Origin: Octopus bimaculoides
Taxonomy: Eukaryota
NCBI RefSeq assembly: GCF_001194135.2
Contig: NC_069004.1
Location: 31,549,094-31,613,093, forward strand
Reading direction: 5' to 3'
Length of the DNA: 64,000 nt
Made by a program: the position numbers and the translations under genes. The notes under the pieces are model-generated. The model made no database searches, had not been told where the DNA came from, and was given only the letters and a program-made list of their open reading frames with translations. Below, one piece after another: positions 22,020 through 34,340 of this stretch. The stretch's first letter is position 1. Each line of letters begins with the position of its first letter.

Positions 22020-23290
22020 TTTTCAGTGAACTCTTTTTCTTATAAGAATGAGGGTATTTGGAGCTGGAAATATTACCAAAACGAGACCTCCACTTCTTCA
22101 CGTCATACTGGTCACAAGTGAGAGACGAAAGAAACCGCAAACGAAGCCATTACACCCGCGAAGTGGAAGGAGATTGTGGGGTGCAATCAGGGCCGGAGTT
22201 AGGAAGTGCTGGACCCAATTAGAGAATTGTCTGTTGGGCCCTTTACAAAAGCTGGAGATTGATGTTTTATGCTTCATGTAGTACGCCAGTCCCGGCCAAA
22301 AAGCATTGAATGCTTCAAGCTCCACCATTAGCCACGATATCCTAAAAGTTCAACATGGCGTCCTCCACTTGAGTGTGTACGCGAGCGAGGCCCTCTCTTG
22401 GCACGGGACTCGATTTGAAGAAATCTGTATAATTAGTTTCAAAACGGCCCTGGTAGAAGTGTATTTTTCAGCCTATGGAGTAGGCTTAGAAGGGTGAACA
22501 GGCGGAACTTGGTGAGAGAAGTCAAAGACGAGTAGGGCCATAGAGGCAGCACAGCAGAGAGTTCAATGACATGGATATAACATGTCGAAAGGGATCTCGT
22601 GAAATGATTTATGTTCAATGTTGACCGGATCAGTTAAATTCGTAATTGGTTCCAAGTCTGGTGTGTTGCCGTCTCTAGCGAATCTTAAAAAATTGGGAAA
22701 TTGCCAAAAGTAAAATATACAAGATCTGTTAAAAGTCGAGAGGTCTTACTGCAAAGCTCTCAGTCTATACTCAAGGGTACAATCAAGTTCTTGGCAACTA
22801 GTAGGAGTTACTTGTACGGCAATGCAAATGAGGGAGAATAAGGGATCACAGTAGGTAAAAGCATTAACCCTTTCCGAGTAGGGCAGACCACTTCTGAAAG
22901 GTATTTATTTATTAAAAAATTCATTTGGGTAGGGGTACATTTGTGTAGATATGCCATGAACCAGAAGACCAAAGTACATCGTAAAACAGAAAATTCGCCT
23001 GCAGCCGAATTACTGTGGATCTTGCAGGCATGAAGTGAATTCGATCCACCATAGCCAAATTTCAAGTAACAGTTCAACAGAACTTTTCTCACGGTGGAAC
23101 AATAGTTTTTCTGTGACAGCAGTTTTACATTTGCCAGATTGTCTTAGCAAGGCTGAAATAATGTCTTCACCACTTGACCCATTTAACCTCTTAACCTCTT
23201 AAGATATCATAGACCACCAACGAAATCCATTGTTCTCAACGATATATCTATCCTTCTAGATAGTTATAAAAACAAGAACCCCCAAGCAAA
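22020..23290 (-). mobile_element. Heavily decayed Jockey/I-group LINE reverse-transcriptase region
   Basis: Motifs in correct order across frames: HEIPFDML; SLTSLTKFRL; LARVHTQVEDAMLN..IVA; LEAFNAFWPGLAYYMK; NWVQHFLT; NGFVCGFFRLSLVTS. Confidence 0.5.
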
Positions 23291-24626
23291 GATCAGTTAG
23301 TCACTTGGTGACAACTCAGTCTGTTTGGGACAACTCAATCAGTTAATGAATGACAACTCGAGTCAGAGACAGCTACTATCAGTTAGGGAGCTGAACGCTA
23401 GAATCATGATCACAAGCAAGGCAGCTACTAAAGACAATAGTCAGAGGGAGGAATGAAATTTACTGTCAGCAACTATGAGACATCTCCCCACGACCCTACA
23501 ACTTTCACTAGCTCTAGTTCTGTTCTCTTACAACATCATTCTATCGCTATCTGCAGATTACTACTAGTCGATTACATCGACCGCAGTACTCAACTGGTAC
23601 TTATTCTATCGATCCCGGAAGGATGAATGGCAAAGTCGACCCTGGCGGAATTTGAACTCAGAACGTAAAGACGGACGANNNNNNNNNNNNNNNNNNNNNN
23701 NNNNNNNNNNNNNNNNNNNNNNNNNNNNNNNNNNNNNNNNNNNNNNNNNNNNNNNNNNNNNNNNNNNNNNNNNNNNNNAAATAACCCTTAACTTATGGTT
23801 GTTGTCAATAAAACAACTGGCATTACTTTTGAAAGGAAAATTGGCCGACTGACCGACCAGAGTGAGCAACAGACACACAAATGATGCAATTTAAAATTTA
23901 AATTGCTGAACCAATAATCAATGTTTAGACCCGTAAATGTATTCAAATATAATTGGAGAAAGTCCATGAGGAGGACTTGTATTATTATAATCCAAGTATC
24001 TTTTGGATGGAATCCACAGAGTACAAATAGAAAACAAAAACAAGAGAGAATGTATATAAATATTTAGAGAGAATATCTTATGGGTATTTCATTAACAAAG
24101 AATTAATTATATAATCACAATCACACTGCGCTGTCAAATCTTCAGAGATGTGTAGCTCTCATTCATATTTATTAATGGATTAGTGAGTGACAGCATTGCC
24201 ATCACTGAATAAGCAAACACACACACATATAATACACATAAACACATACATACAGGCATGCGTGCATACATACATTTAATACATATCATTGCAATTATGT
24301 GAAACTGTTGTATGTTCAAATTTGGCCAAATGTGTTTTTTTCAATATTTAATTTTGCTTGCAACAGCTGGTTCTTTTGGTCAAACTATCATATCTCCAGC
24401 TGCTATCTACCGATGATATCCAAGGGAAAGGTAAAGGGGCTGATACAGCTTGACATCAATAACATCGCAGCTGGAACAACATGAAAATAAAGTGTCTTGC
24501 TCAAGAACACAACACACAGTCCAGTCTTGGAATCGAACTCACTACCTCACAATTGTGAGCCTGACTCTCTAACCACTGAGCCATGCACCTACACACATAG
24601 CACAGCATAAAAATGAGAGTACTTAC

Positions 24627-24760
24627 AGGAAATCTTTGATTGATTTTGTTACACGTTTCCGATACCAGAGCATCAGATTTGCCCATTTTCTGAGGAAATG
24701 CACATTTTTCTTCTTGAGGTAAAGATTCCAAGAAGCTATCAGAACGGTAAAGGAACAAAG
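24627..24760 (-). CDS. DUF4062-like gene exon 5
   Basis: LFLYRSDSFLESLPQEEKCAFPQKMGKSDALVSETCNKINQRFP, like the TEP1 region YFRDSSFLSSVP; ctctcttccag| and |gtaagt; phase 1/0. Confidence 0.8.
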
Positions 24761-25702
24761 CTGGAAGAGAAAAAAGACAGGCGAAATAGCATGAGGTTAA
24801 ATATAACCAAGGACCTGTATTTTGTTGCTGTTTGAATGCTGTATCGAAAGAACATACTGTTCAGGCAAACGGTATATAATAAGAGCCTCAGTTTACATGT
24901 TTAAACAGATTATAAAACTATTGATAATAGTATTTTAAGATGAATCCAAACGCACAAGGAGTAAATAGGTTCAAATCATATAAACTAATTATTTTTGGGA
25001 AAAAATTTAAATATTGATAAATATTTATGTCTACAAAGAATTATGACGAAATCTTATGAAGTAAAATTTATGTTATCAGTGCGGGTTATATTGATTGATT
25101 CTTTTGCACATAATTTACTAATTTCTAGTGTGTGTATTGTGTGGTGTGGTTTTTGTTATAATAGACCAATCCAGACTGAATTCTTTATTGCATATTTTTA
25201 ATTTATTAATGTAAGTAGCTAGTGCGGTTGGATTTTAGTTTCTTGATTAATAAATTTGTGTGACCCCTTAAAATCAGTCGTGCTTCCTATGTATATCTTC
25301 TTTGATTCACCTATCGCACCCTCACCACATTGTAGATTTTTCTGGCTAATATGCGTAAATTTATATTGCATCTGATGAGTATTTATATTTTTTTAGATTA
25401 TAAATAAAGTACTGTACCGCACTGTATAACACATTAATTAAAATATATTAAAAGAAAATACGTAATGTATCTTAGATGAGTAAATGAAGAATCGCACATA
25501 CTGAATGGAAAATGAAACTCAGGAGGTGAGTGTGTGGTGTTGTTTTGAATTTATAATGAAATAAATATATACAAATTATAAAAATAATAAAAAAGAAATA
25601 TACAGTACAGTACTGTTATTGGAACATAACATCCGTGATAATTGAGGGATTACTGTATATGAGAGAGAGGGGGGGAGAATTGAGTGAAGAGGTGCAACTT
25701 AC

Positions 25703-25836
25703 AGTTAAGATTGTCTTCTCGGTATGCTCCATACATGACTTCCAGGTCTAAAGATGTCAGTCCGTAACTCTTGAGGTAGGATTCTATAAACTGGTGATGG
25801 TAATCTCCCCAGGTGGGTACCCAGCCAAGGGTTTCA
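25703..25836 (-). CDS. DUF4062-like gene exon 4
   Basis: ETLGWVPTWGDYHHQFIESYLKSYGLTSLDLEVMYGAYREDNLN(S), like YGWxP...SxTExE; tttcttacccgcag| and |gtaagt; phase 2/1. Confidence 0.82.
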
Positions 25837-26159
25837 CTGCGGGTAAGAAAGGAAAAGATGACAGAGGATCAGAAAGAGATGGAAAAAGGAAGAAAAAGAG
25901 GAAAGAAAAGGGAGAGAGAGAGAAAGAGGCAAGAAAGAAATTGAGAAACATACACGCATTCACACACGGACATATTCTATATAATGTGTTATCTTACAAA
26001 AAAAAAAATAATCATCATTTAACATCTGCTTTCCATACAGGCATGGGTTGGACAGTTTGACTGAAACTGGTAAGCTGGAGAGCTACACCAGGCTGCAATC
26101 TGATTTGGTATGGTTTCTACAGCTGGATGCTCTTCCTAACACCAACCACTCCAAGAGTG

Positions 26160-26560
26160 TAGTGGGTGTTTTTTACGTGCCAGTTATGGGACAATGGCAT
26201 CGGCCACGGCTATGATTTCATTTGGCGTAACAGGTCTTCTTAGGCATGGCATATCGCCAAAGGTCTCAGTCACTTGTCATTGCCTCTGTGAGGCCCAACG
26301 TTCAAAGATCATGCTTCATCACCTCGTCCGATGACTTCTTGGGTCTACTCCTTCCAGAGGATCCCTCCACAGAGATTGGCACTTCTTTACACAACTGTCC
26401 TCATCCACATGCATCTCATAACCATACCAACACAGTTGTCTCTCGCACACTGCATCTGATGTCTTTTATGCCCAACTTTTCTCTCAAGACGCTTACACTC
26501 TGATGTACATGCACACCGACATTGCACATCCAGTGAAGCATACTAGATTAATTGCTTGCA
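26160..26560 (-). mobile_element. RTE LINE 3' fragment
   Basis: Reverse strand encodes LREKLGIKDIRCSVRETT..VWL*DAC..GRPKKSSDEV.KHDL*TLGLTEAMT. Confidence 0.75.
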
Positions 26561-27729
26561 AGCCTACAACCATATGATAAAAATTATTTCTAGAGCCCTC
26601 CTTTGTACACACATACAAATATATGTACAAACACACACACAAATGCATACATATACATGCACACACATAAAGACATATAGATAAAAGTATGTCACTGAAA
26701 AGTGCAAAGAAGACCCCCTTCGGTCATAAATGGTCAGCAGATTGCACCTAGAATGTTCCTTGCTGAAGCACAAGTCCAAGCAAGGTTGTTTAAGGAAGAC
26801 CAGCAGTCCCCCATGCATACCAGCCTCCCTTCTTCACGCCACTGATGTTATCCAAGGGAAAGGCAAAGGGGCTGATAGAGCTTGGCACCTGTGACATCGC
26901 AACTCATTTCTACAGCTGAGTGAACTGGAGCAACATGAAATAGAGTGTCTTGCTCAAGAACGCAACACAGAGCCCGGTTCAGGAATTATGCCTTCACAAA
27001 CTGATAAGATAAAGTTACAGCTTTTGGCTCTCTTCGGTATCTCTAAAAAGGCCAGAAATGCACCAGATTGTTTAGTTTTAGAATGACATTGTAGGGTAGG
27101 TGTGAGAGGCTGGATCTGGCCAGTTTGAACATAAAACAGTTAGAATATTTAGGCCAGATGAGGATGGTTTAAATACTAAAAAGTAAAAATTCATGATAGA
27201 AAAAAATTAGTTTAGTCTTTTAAATTAGTGATTTCAAGCAGATTTGGTTGTTAATTGATCAGTTTCAAAGACCATAGGGAGTCTCCTTCATTAATTTGTG
27301 AGACCATATATTGCAGTAACAAGTCTTGTATTCCTCATATCTTGTTAAATGGTTTAACAAACTGCTGAAGTTAGACATTCTGCATTTAAGTCTGGTTAAC
27401 AATCGGAACCAATTAAAATGGTTAAATTGCTGTGCTAGCCCCTCATTGCTTGGCATTAGTTTACAGCTGGCGTCAAGAATAAACAATGATTCTACATTAC
27501 TTGCTAATTATCTCAGAATTTCTCAGAGTGTGTTTCCTGTTAATTATTTTCTGTCTTTTAATTAGCATAATAATGGGAAACATTATCATGGAAGGAAGAG
27601 TAAGAGGTTGTAGTTAAAGAGGCAGGCAAAAAAAAAAGAATTGCAATGGATGGGCAAGGGTGGCAAGGCAGCCAGAGAACTCGTGCTTAATTGGGAAGAC
27701 TTTCAGTGTAGTGTCATCAATGTGGCGTA

Positions 27730-28310
27730 AGCATAGCTGTGGGGTAAGCATCTTGCTTCCCAACCAGATGGTTCCGGGTTCAGTCCCACTGTGTGGCACC
27801 TTGGGCAAGTGTCTTCTACTATAGCCTCAGGCCGACCAAAGCCTTGTGAGTAGATTTGGTAGACGGAAACTGAAAGAAGCCCATCGTATATATACATATA
27901 TATANNNNNNNNNNNNNNNNNNNNNNNNNNNNNNNNNNNNNNNNNNNNNNNNNNNNNNNNNNNNNNNNNNNNNNNNNNNNNNNNNNNNNNNNNNNNNNNN
28001 NNNNNNNNNNNNNNNNNNNNNNNNNNNNNNNNNNNNNNNNNNNNNNNNNNNNNNNNNNNNNNNNNNNNNNNNNNNNNNNNTATATGTGTGTATATGTTTG
28101 TGTGTGTGTGCTTGTCCCCCCAGCTTCACTTGACAACCGATGGTGGTGTGTTTACGTCCCCCGTAACGTAGCGGTTCGGCAAAAAGAGACCGATGGAATA
28201 AGTACTAGGCTTACAAAGAATAAGTCCTGGGGTCAATTTGCTCGACTAAAAGGCGGTGCCCCAGCATGGCCGCAGTCAAAAGACTGAAACAAGTAAAGGA
28301 GTAAAAGAGT
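27730..28310 (+). mobile_element. tRNA-derived SINE family A (the most abundant repeat in the window)
   Basis: GGCTGTGTGGTAAG...GGTTCAGTCCCACTG head, internal (TA/TG)n, tail GACTGAAACAAGTAAAAGAG. More than 20 copies in the window (e.g. 13610, 33010, 38065, 41240, 43400, 49390, 56105, 58095, 61390, 63240). Confidence 0.85.
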
Positions 28311-28455
28311 AAGGAGCACAGTATTGTTTCTACTTTGTGGATATTCACCTCTTGCTTGGGGGCTTTGGAATGTAACACCTGCGATAGTCAAGGGATTACT
28401 GTACATCCAAACCATGTTGCATACACCTTAACGATGCCATAGAGAAAGGACTTAC

Positions 28456-28565
28456 CTGGTGAAGTTGAGAAATATTGGCATAACATTATTGTAATAACAA
28501 TCCTCGATTTTAGATTGCATAGACTTTAAGTCGGTAAAATCCCGCCTTTCAGCATGTTTGCTACC
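28456..28565 (-). CDS. DUF4062-like gene exon 3
   Basis: GSKHAERRDFTDLKSMQSKIEDCYYNNVMPIFLNFT(S); ccaacag| and |gtaagt; phase 0/2. Confidence 0.8.
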
Positions 28566-29469
28566 CTGTTGGAGGGAGTGGATTAGAAATGATACAATTA
28601 GTTCATTAAAACAATTACTACAAATTAAAACAATACAATAAATACAATAAACTACTAAAAAAAAAACAAACAATTTAGCCCATCCAGAGCTGTACCCTGG
28701 GGAAAGAATTTATTTCCAGGTACATATATTTGGTCAGTCTCGACCAAAGGAGATCTTAGAGAGTGTAGCAGGAATTCTGACCCACCCCAGGAGTAGCTGT
28801 ATGGTCAAGTATGCTTTCCAACTACATGGTTCTGGGTTCAGTCCCACTGTGTGGCACCTTAAGTAAATGTCTTCTCCTATAGGTAAATGATAGGATTACT
28901 TCAATATTTCAGGGGTAGTCTGAAGTATCTAAGCAACCAGGGGATAGTTAAATCCGAAGGCACTCCTGGAAATTACTTGTGTGGGTACCGTCTTCGTTAG
29001 AAGGAATCCAGAGGCAGGTAATTTATTGTTTAAACTGCAATTTATAATTATAATTATGTGGAGAATGGAGAAACAAACACTTCTCCTAGAGCCATGGGCT
29101 GACCAAAGCCTTGTCAGTGGATTTGGGAGGTGGATCTGAACTATGTGTGTGTGTGAGAGAGAGAGAGGCAAACTCAGAGCCAAGCTGCCATACAATATCT
29201 GCCAACCAAGTTTCCTTCGTGTGGTGGCACTGGTCAGTCTGAGGCCGCAGCAGAATCTGCTTACACTGATGCCACACAGCAGGAATTGAACCTGAAACCA
29301 TGTAAGTTGCAAAACAAACCAGCTAACCAATAACTGCACAAAGATGCAATTACATTGCAATGACAGCAGCAAGAACAAACTTGAAAATGGGGGAGTGGGG
29401 AGGTTTTACATTCTTTGGGGAGGAAGAAAAAACTGTTCACAGAATGTCTGACATGTTGAAAGTAGCAGA

Positions 29470-29488
29470 TGTTATAATAATAATAATG

Positions 29489-29522
<34 letters not shown>

Positions 29523-30080
29523 TGATGATGATAATAGGAGTAGTAGTACTAATGATAATAATAACATGATAATGGTATAGTAGTAGTAGTAGTCATAGAA
29601 ATAATGGTAATTGTAGTAGCAGTAGTAATATGATAGTAGTAGTGGTAGTAGTAATAATAGTAGTAGGGGTGGTTTTATCATTGTAGACAATAGCCTCAAG
29701 TTATCAACAAGTAAAACAGAAACTGGAAGAATGACTGCCATCATCATCATCATCATCATCACGAAGATATGCCATCATCATAACCATCACTGTGATCATC
29801 ACTATCAACTTTATGACCTCCCACCGCTGCCACCATCATAACAACAACCACCACCAACACCACCACCATTAACCTGATTACCACCACCACCACTACCACT
29901 ACCATCATCCCCACCACTATCATCATCCCCACCACCACCATCACCACTACCATCATCCCCACCACCACTACCACCACCACTATCTTCATGCCCACCACCA
30001 TCACCACTATCTTCATGCCCACCACCACCACCACCACCACTACCATCATCCCCACCACCACCACCACCATCATGATCAAC
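29470..30080. repeat. Trinucleotide microsatellite complex (AAT/TAG/CAT/CAC)n
   Basis: Direct inspection; similar tracts at 35190-35430, 42600-42950, 45200-45660 and 49140-49340. Confidence 0.9.
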
Positions 30081-31268
30081 AGTGATGTGATCCAACATTG
30101 GATTACTTCAAGATGTCAGGCATTTTAACAACACCAAGCAGAAGGTTTGGTTATGAGAAGCTGCTCCCTCACCACCCACACTCACAAAATGGTGGTGGTG
30201 GTGGTGGGGAAGGGTAGGNNNNNNNNNNNNNNNNNNNNNNNNNNNNNNNNNNNNNNNNNNNNNNNNNNNNNNNNNNNNNNNNNNNNNNNNNNNNNNNNNN
30301 NNNNNNNNNNNNNNNNNNNNNNNNNNNNNNNNNNNNNNNNNNNNNNNNNNNNNNNNNNNNNNNNNNNNNNNNNNNNNNNNNNNNNNNNNNNNNNNNNNNN
30401 NNNNNNNNNNNNNNNNNNNNNNNNNNNNNNNNNNNNNNNNNNNNNNNNNNTCCAGTTAACCCCTCCACACCTTGCTTTTGCCCTTCCCCTCCACCCTCTT
30501 TAAACAGGGTGAATTGAGTCATTGACAGGATATTAGTGAAATATGTCTGTTATTGGGGGGAAGAATGGGGGGGTGTTGCTGAGGGAACATGCTGAAGAGG
30601 GTGTGGTGAGAGAGAGAGTGTGGGGATGGGTGGGAGGAAGGAAAATAGCTATGAAGGAAATATAACATTTAATAATAAACAATGATGACAGTGAGGACGG
30701 GAGATGACGACGGCGATGACGGTGATGATGATGATGGTGATGAGAATGATAAAGATTATGATGACTTCTGCAACAGGCACAAGGTTATAAATATTTTGGG
30801 ATGAAATACACATCAGACCCCTAACAGTCAGCTGGGACATACTTTTTTGTCCCCCTCCCTAACCCCAGAAAAATACAAAAGAAATTTGAGCCACGCCATG
30901 CAGTGGGACTGGACCCAAGGCCACATAGTTGCAAAGAAAGCTTCTTAACCACACAGCCATGCCCGCACCTATGATTGGTCCTTTATTTTAACCAATCAGA
31001 AAAAGACAAAGGGGGCAAAGTTAAGTTGAGCTGGATTTGAACTCAAACAGCACAGATCTGGAACAAAAATACTGCAACACATTTTGTCTTCAGCACTAAT
31101 GACTGCTAATTCACCACATGTCTAGCAGTGAACGCAACACTCACCACAGACTGATAGTAGTGAACACAATGGTGAACAACCAAACAAGGACTGAGGGAGG
31201 AGGGGAGTAGTAAACACAAAAAGAAATTAAAAAACGAAAAATAAAAACAAACCAACAACAATACTCAC

Positions 31269-31337
31269 CCATTTGATATGATAAACCTCAAGTTTTATAT
31301 TATTAATATTTGACCATGTCTCCAGTTCTGGCTGAAT
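31269..31337 (-). CDS. DUF4062-like gene exon 2
   Basis: IQPELETWSNINNIKLEVYHIKW (like VFPEL...VDLRW); ctcttatcttttag| and |gtgagt; phase 0/0. Confidence 0.8.
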
Positions 31338-31775
31338 CTAAAAGATAAGAGAAGAGAGTGTAATAAGAATGGCTGAGATCAGAGAGGTGGGTGAATGAAA
31401 GAGGGGTTGTCATGGTTGAAATAGGTTATAACAATGTCGGTGAGATTAAGAGAGAGGTGGCTGCCTTCCTAGATATACATAGGCAGAAAATATATATATA
31501 TATATATATATATCAAGGCGGCCTGTATGTCTCTGCACACCTTTCAATGCAATGTATGCCAGAAGGTGTGCAAATCTAACGGAGAGGCCTCAAAAGGCAT
31601 TTTAAGATCCACAAAGATCAGAACTTATCTGCAGCTCTTGGTGGCCCAAATCAGATATGCAATCTATGTGGGTGTCTTTTCAAAACATTGGTTCAAAAGC
31701 CACATCAGATACCATGATGGTTCTAAGGTGTAGGTACAGGAAGTGGTGAAACTCTGCATAAAGACTAGATAACCA

Positions 31776-31819
<44 letters not shown>

Positions 31820-32059
31820 GGTGTGATAGATAAATTGTCGCCATTTTATATTTTTAATTTCGTGCATGCGCAGTGTTTGTTTTTGATTTTGTTGACTACA
31901 CAGTATTGTAGGGTCAGTTGGGCACTGTCTGTCAGAAAAACAGTACTGTAACAAAATTCACTCTGCTAGAAATTTGGAAACAACCTGCTGTACTGCTTGG
32001 CAGAACAGTTGGTGAACACACAGAATAGCCATTGGCTTGCTGTGTCCCCAAAATATGTA

Positions 32060-32718
32060 TAAAGGGTGATAAAAATCAAATATTCAGTCATCATCATGGT
32101 GTTTGGAGTAATCAGTAGTGATGCTGATGTTATGCCTCCATTCATCTTCCTACATGGCCTCAGACTCAACATGAAGGCCTACATCAAGTGCCTGGAGGAG
32201 GGTGGCTGCTGGAAAACCCTATGTCTGGCAATAGGACTCTGCACCTTGCCACACAAGCAAGAGAACCCAGTCATGGCTGTCAAACAATTTCTGGGACCAG
32301 ATCATCCCCAACATCTGGTCACCTCGCTCTTCAGAGTGCACCTTCCACCTTGATAATTATGTGTGGGGTGCAGTTGAGTGAGAGACAAGAAAAATTCCTT
32401 GTCACACCAAAGATGAACTGAAGGCAAGGATTATGGCAGCATTCACCAAATTAAACAAGGAAGCCATCCAGAAGAGTTACAGGAGATTCCGAAGTCGTCT
32501 GGAGACTGTGGTTGAAGCCAATGGAGATTTTATTGAATAAATTTACTCTTTAGTATTCAAGATATTTTAAATGTAATTTTGGTAAATATTTATTTATTTA
32601 TTTATTTATGTGTTTCAGCCAAGTGGCTGTGGTCATGCTGGTGCTGTTAAAATGAAATGTCTTATGTTATTTTCATTTTTGCGTAATTTAGACGACAATA
32701 GATTCACCACACCCAGTG
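32060..32718 (+). mobile_element. Tc1/mariner maT (DD37D-like) transposase remnant
   Basis: MVFGVISSDADVMPPFIF..GLRLN..AYIKCLEE; ...LDNYVWG.VER; ...ELKARIMAAF..LNKE.IQKSYRRFRSRLE.VVEANGDFIE*. Confidence 0.75.
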
Positions 32719-33776
32719 TATGTATGCATGTATATATAGTATTGTTGTTGTCTTCATAGATACATTTAAACAGAGATTATATCTAATGTCTTTTTTTCTC
32801 ATGCTTCAATGCTTGGAATGTGTTTTCTTTTGTTGGATCAGTTCGTTTTAAAAGCAGACACAAAGATTCTTATCAATAATTAGAAATTCTATGAAGGAGG
32901 AGTGGAAAATGGCCTTTTCTGTTTTTTATTTCCCCCCTCTTGGTTAGTCAGGCAGAGGATATGTTTTCTATGATCAGGCAGAATACATTTTATTATCATA
33001 ACACACAGGTGCAGGCGTAGCTCTGTGGTAAGTAGCTTGCTTAACAACTACACAGTTCTGGGTTTAGTCCCACTGCATGGCACCTTGGGCAAGTGTCTTC
33101 TTCTATAGCCTCGGGCTGACCAAGGCCTTGTGAATGGATTTGGTAGACAGAAACTGAAAGAAGCCCATTGTATATATATATTTGTGCGTGTGTGTATCTT
33201 TGTGACTGCATTTGTCCCCTATCACCACTTGACAAGCTGTGTTGGTGTGTTTATGTCCCTGTAACTTAGCAGTGCAGCAAAAGCGACCGATTTAATAAGT
33301 ATCAGGCTTAAAAAGAAGAGTTCTGGGGTCGATACATTCGACTAAGAATTCTTGAAGGTGTTGCCCCAGCATGGCCATAGTCTAATGACTGAAACCAGTA
33401 ACAGGTAAAGGATACATACACATAAAAATCGCCCCATCACAATTAGTAGAGTGGTTGGCATGCTCAAATGGTGCTATTTATGTGCCACCGGCACGAAAGC
33501 CAGACAGCTGGTGCTTTGGCCACGATCACACTCAGACGGTGCTCTTAGTGATTTACTGGTACTGGTGCGATTTCGCTTTTGCTTGATTTTACTAAATATA
33601 TTGTTTTAAAATTTATTGAAAGAAAAGCCGTCCATTTCAACAGAAATATGGTAACAAAAGGGTTAAAGTGATCTAAATTAAAACCTTTGTATTTTAAAAG
33701 AAGTATTGTAACAAAGGGATTAATTTAAAGTTACTAAACAGACAAAAAAAAAAAAAAAAAAATTAATACTACTTGC

Positions 33777-33890
33777 CTCTTTCCGGAGTAATTCTCTTTC
33801 TGAAAAGAAGTCCTCAGCATAGCTTGTAATGAATAATTTGACGCGAGTTGATTCTTCGGAATGGTCTCCTCTAGATAGAGCACACGCCAT
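33777..33890 (-). CDS. DUF4062/TEP1-like domain gene, first identifiable coding exon
   Basis: MACALSRGDHSEESTRVKLFITSYAEDFFSERELLRKE, resembling the (R)VRLFISSTFxDxxxERxxL motif. Acceptor at 33976-33977; donor GAG|gcaagt (GC). Confidence 0.7.
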
Positions 33891-34149
33891 TATGCAATCA
33901 TGTGTGTCGGTGGTCAAAGTTGTCCGATTGTAGAGATCCACCTTGGTGAGACTGTGACATTCTTCACCATATTATCTAGAAATGGAACCGGTAAAGAGAA
34001 ATAATGATGATGATGACGATGACAACGATAATCAAAATAATTCTAATTTTGGCACAAAGCAAGAAATTTTGAGGGGAGGGAGTGAGGTGATTAAAATCAA
34101 CCCAGTGTAAAAGGCAAAGGTGAATTCCAGGGGCCAATGAATGAAATAG

Positions 34150-34340
34150 ACCAGGGGTTCTCAACCAGGGTTCATATAACAGTTTGGTAGGGTCCATCCA
34201 ACAAAATAGTAAATTGGGGACCCACAATTATATTTTATGGGCCTCTGGAAAAAAATTTGCTTAAGATCAGCGTTTTTCAACCTTTTTACCCTTGCGTAAC
34301 CCTTAAGATAAATTACATGTCTCAAGGAACCCCTGCACAC
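34150..34340. mobile_element. hAT-type MITE fragments
   Basis: CAGGGGTTCTCAAC and CAGCGTTTTTCAAC termini. Confidence 0.5.

Noticed and set aside
25370-25385. CTGATGAG as a hammerhead core
   Set aside because: No stem II or downstream GAAA; it lies in an AT-rich pogo/Tigger-like MITE remnant.
27265-27486. 73-aa ORF as an alternative terminal exon of the DUF4062-like gene (phase-2 acceptor at ...gacgccag)
   Set aside because: No recognisable homology, and the normal domain continues in exon 4. The opposite strand is also open, as expected by chance.
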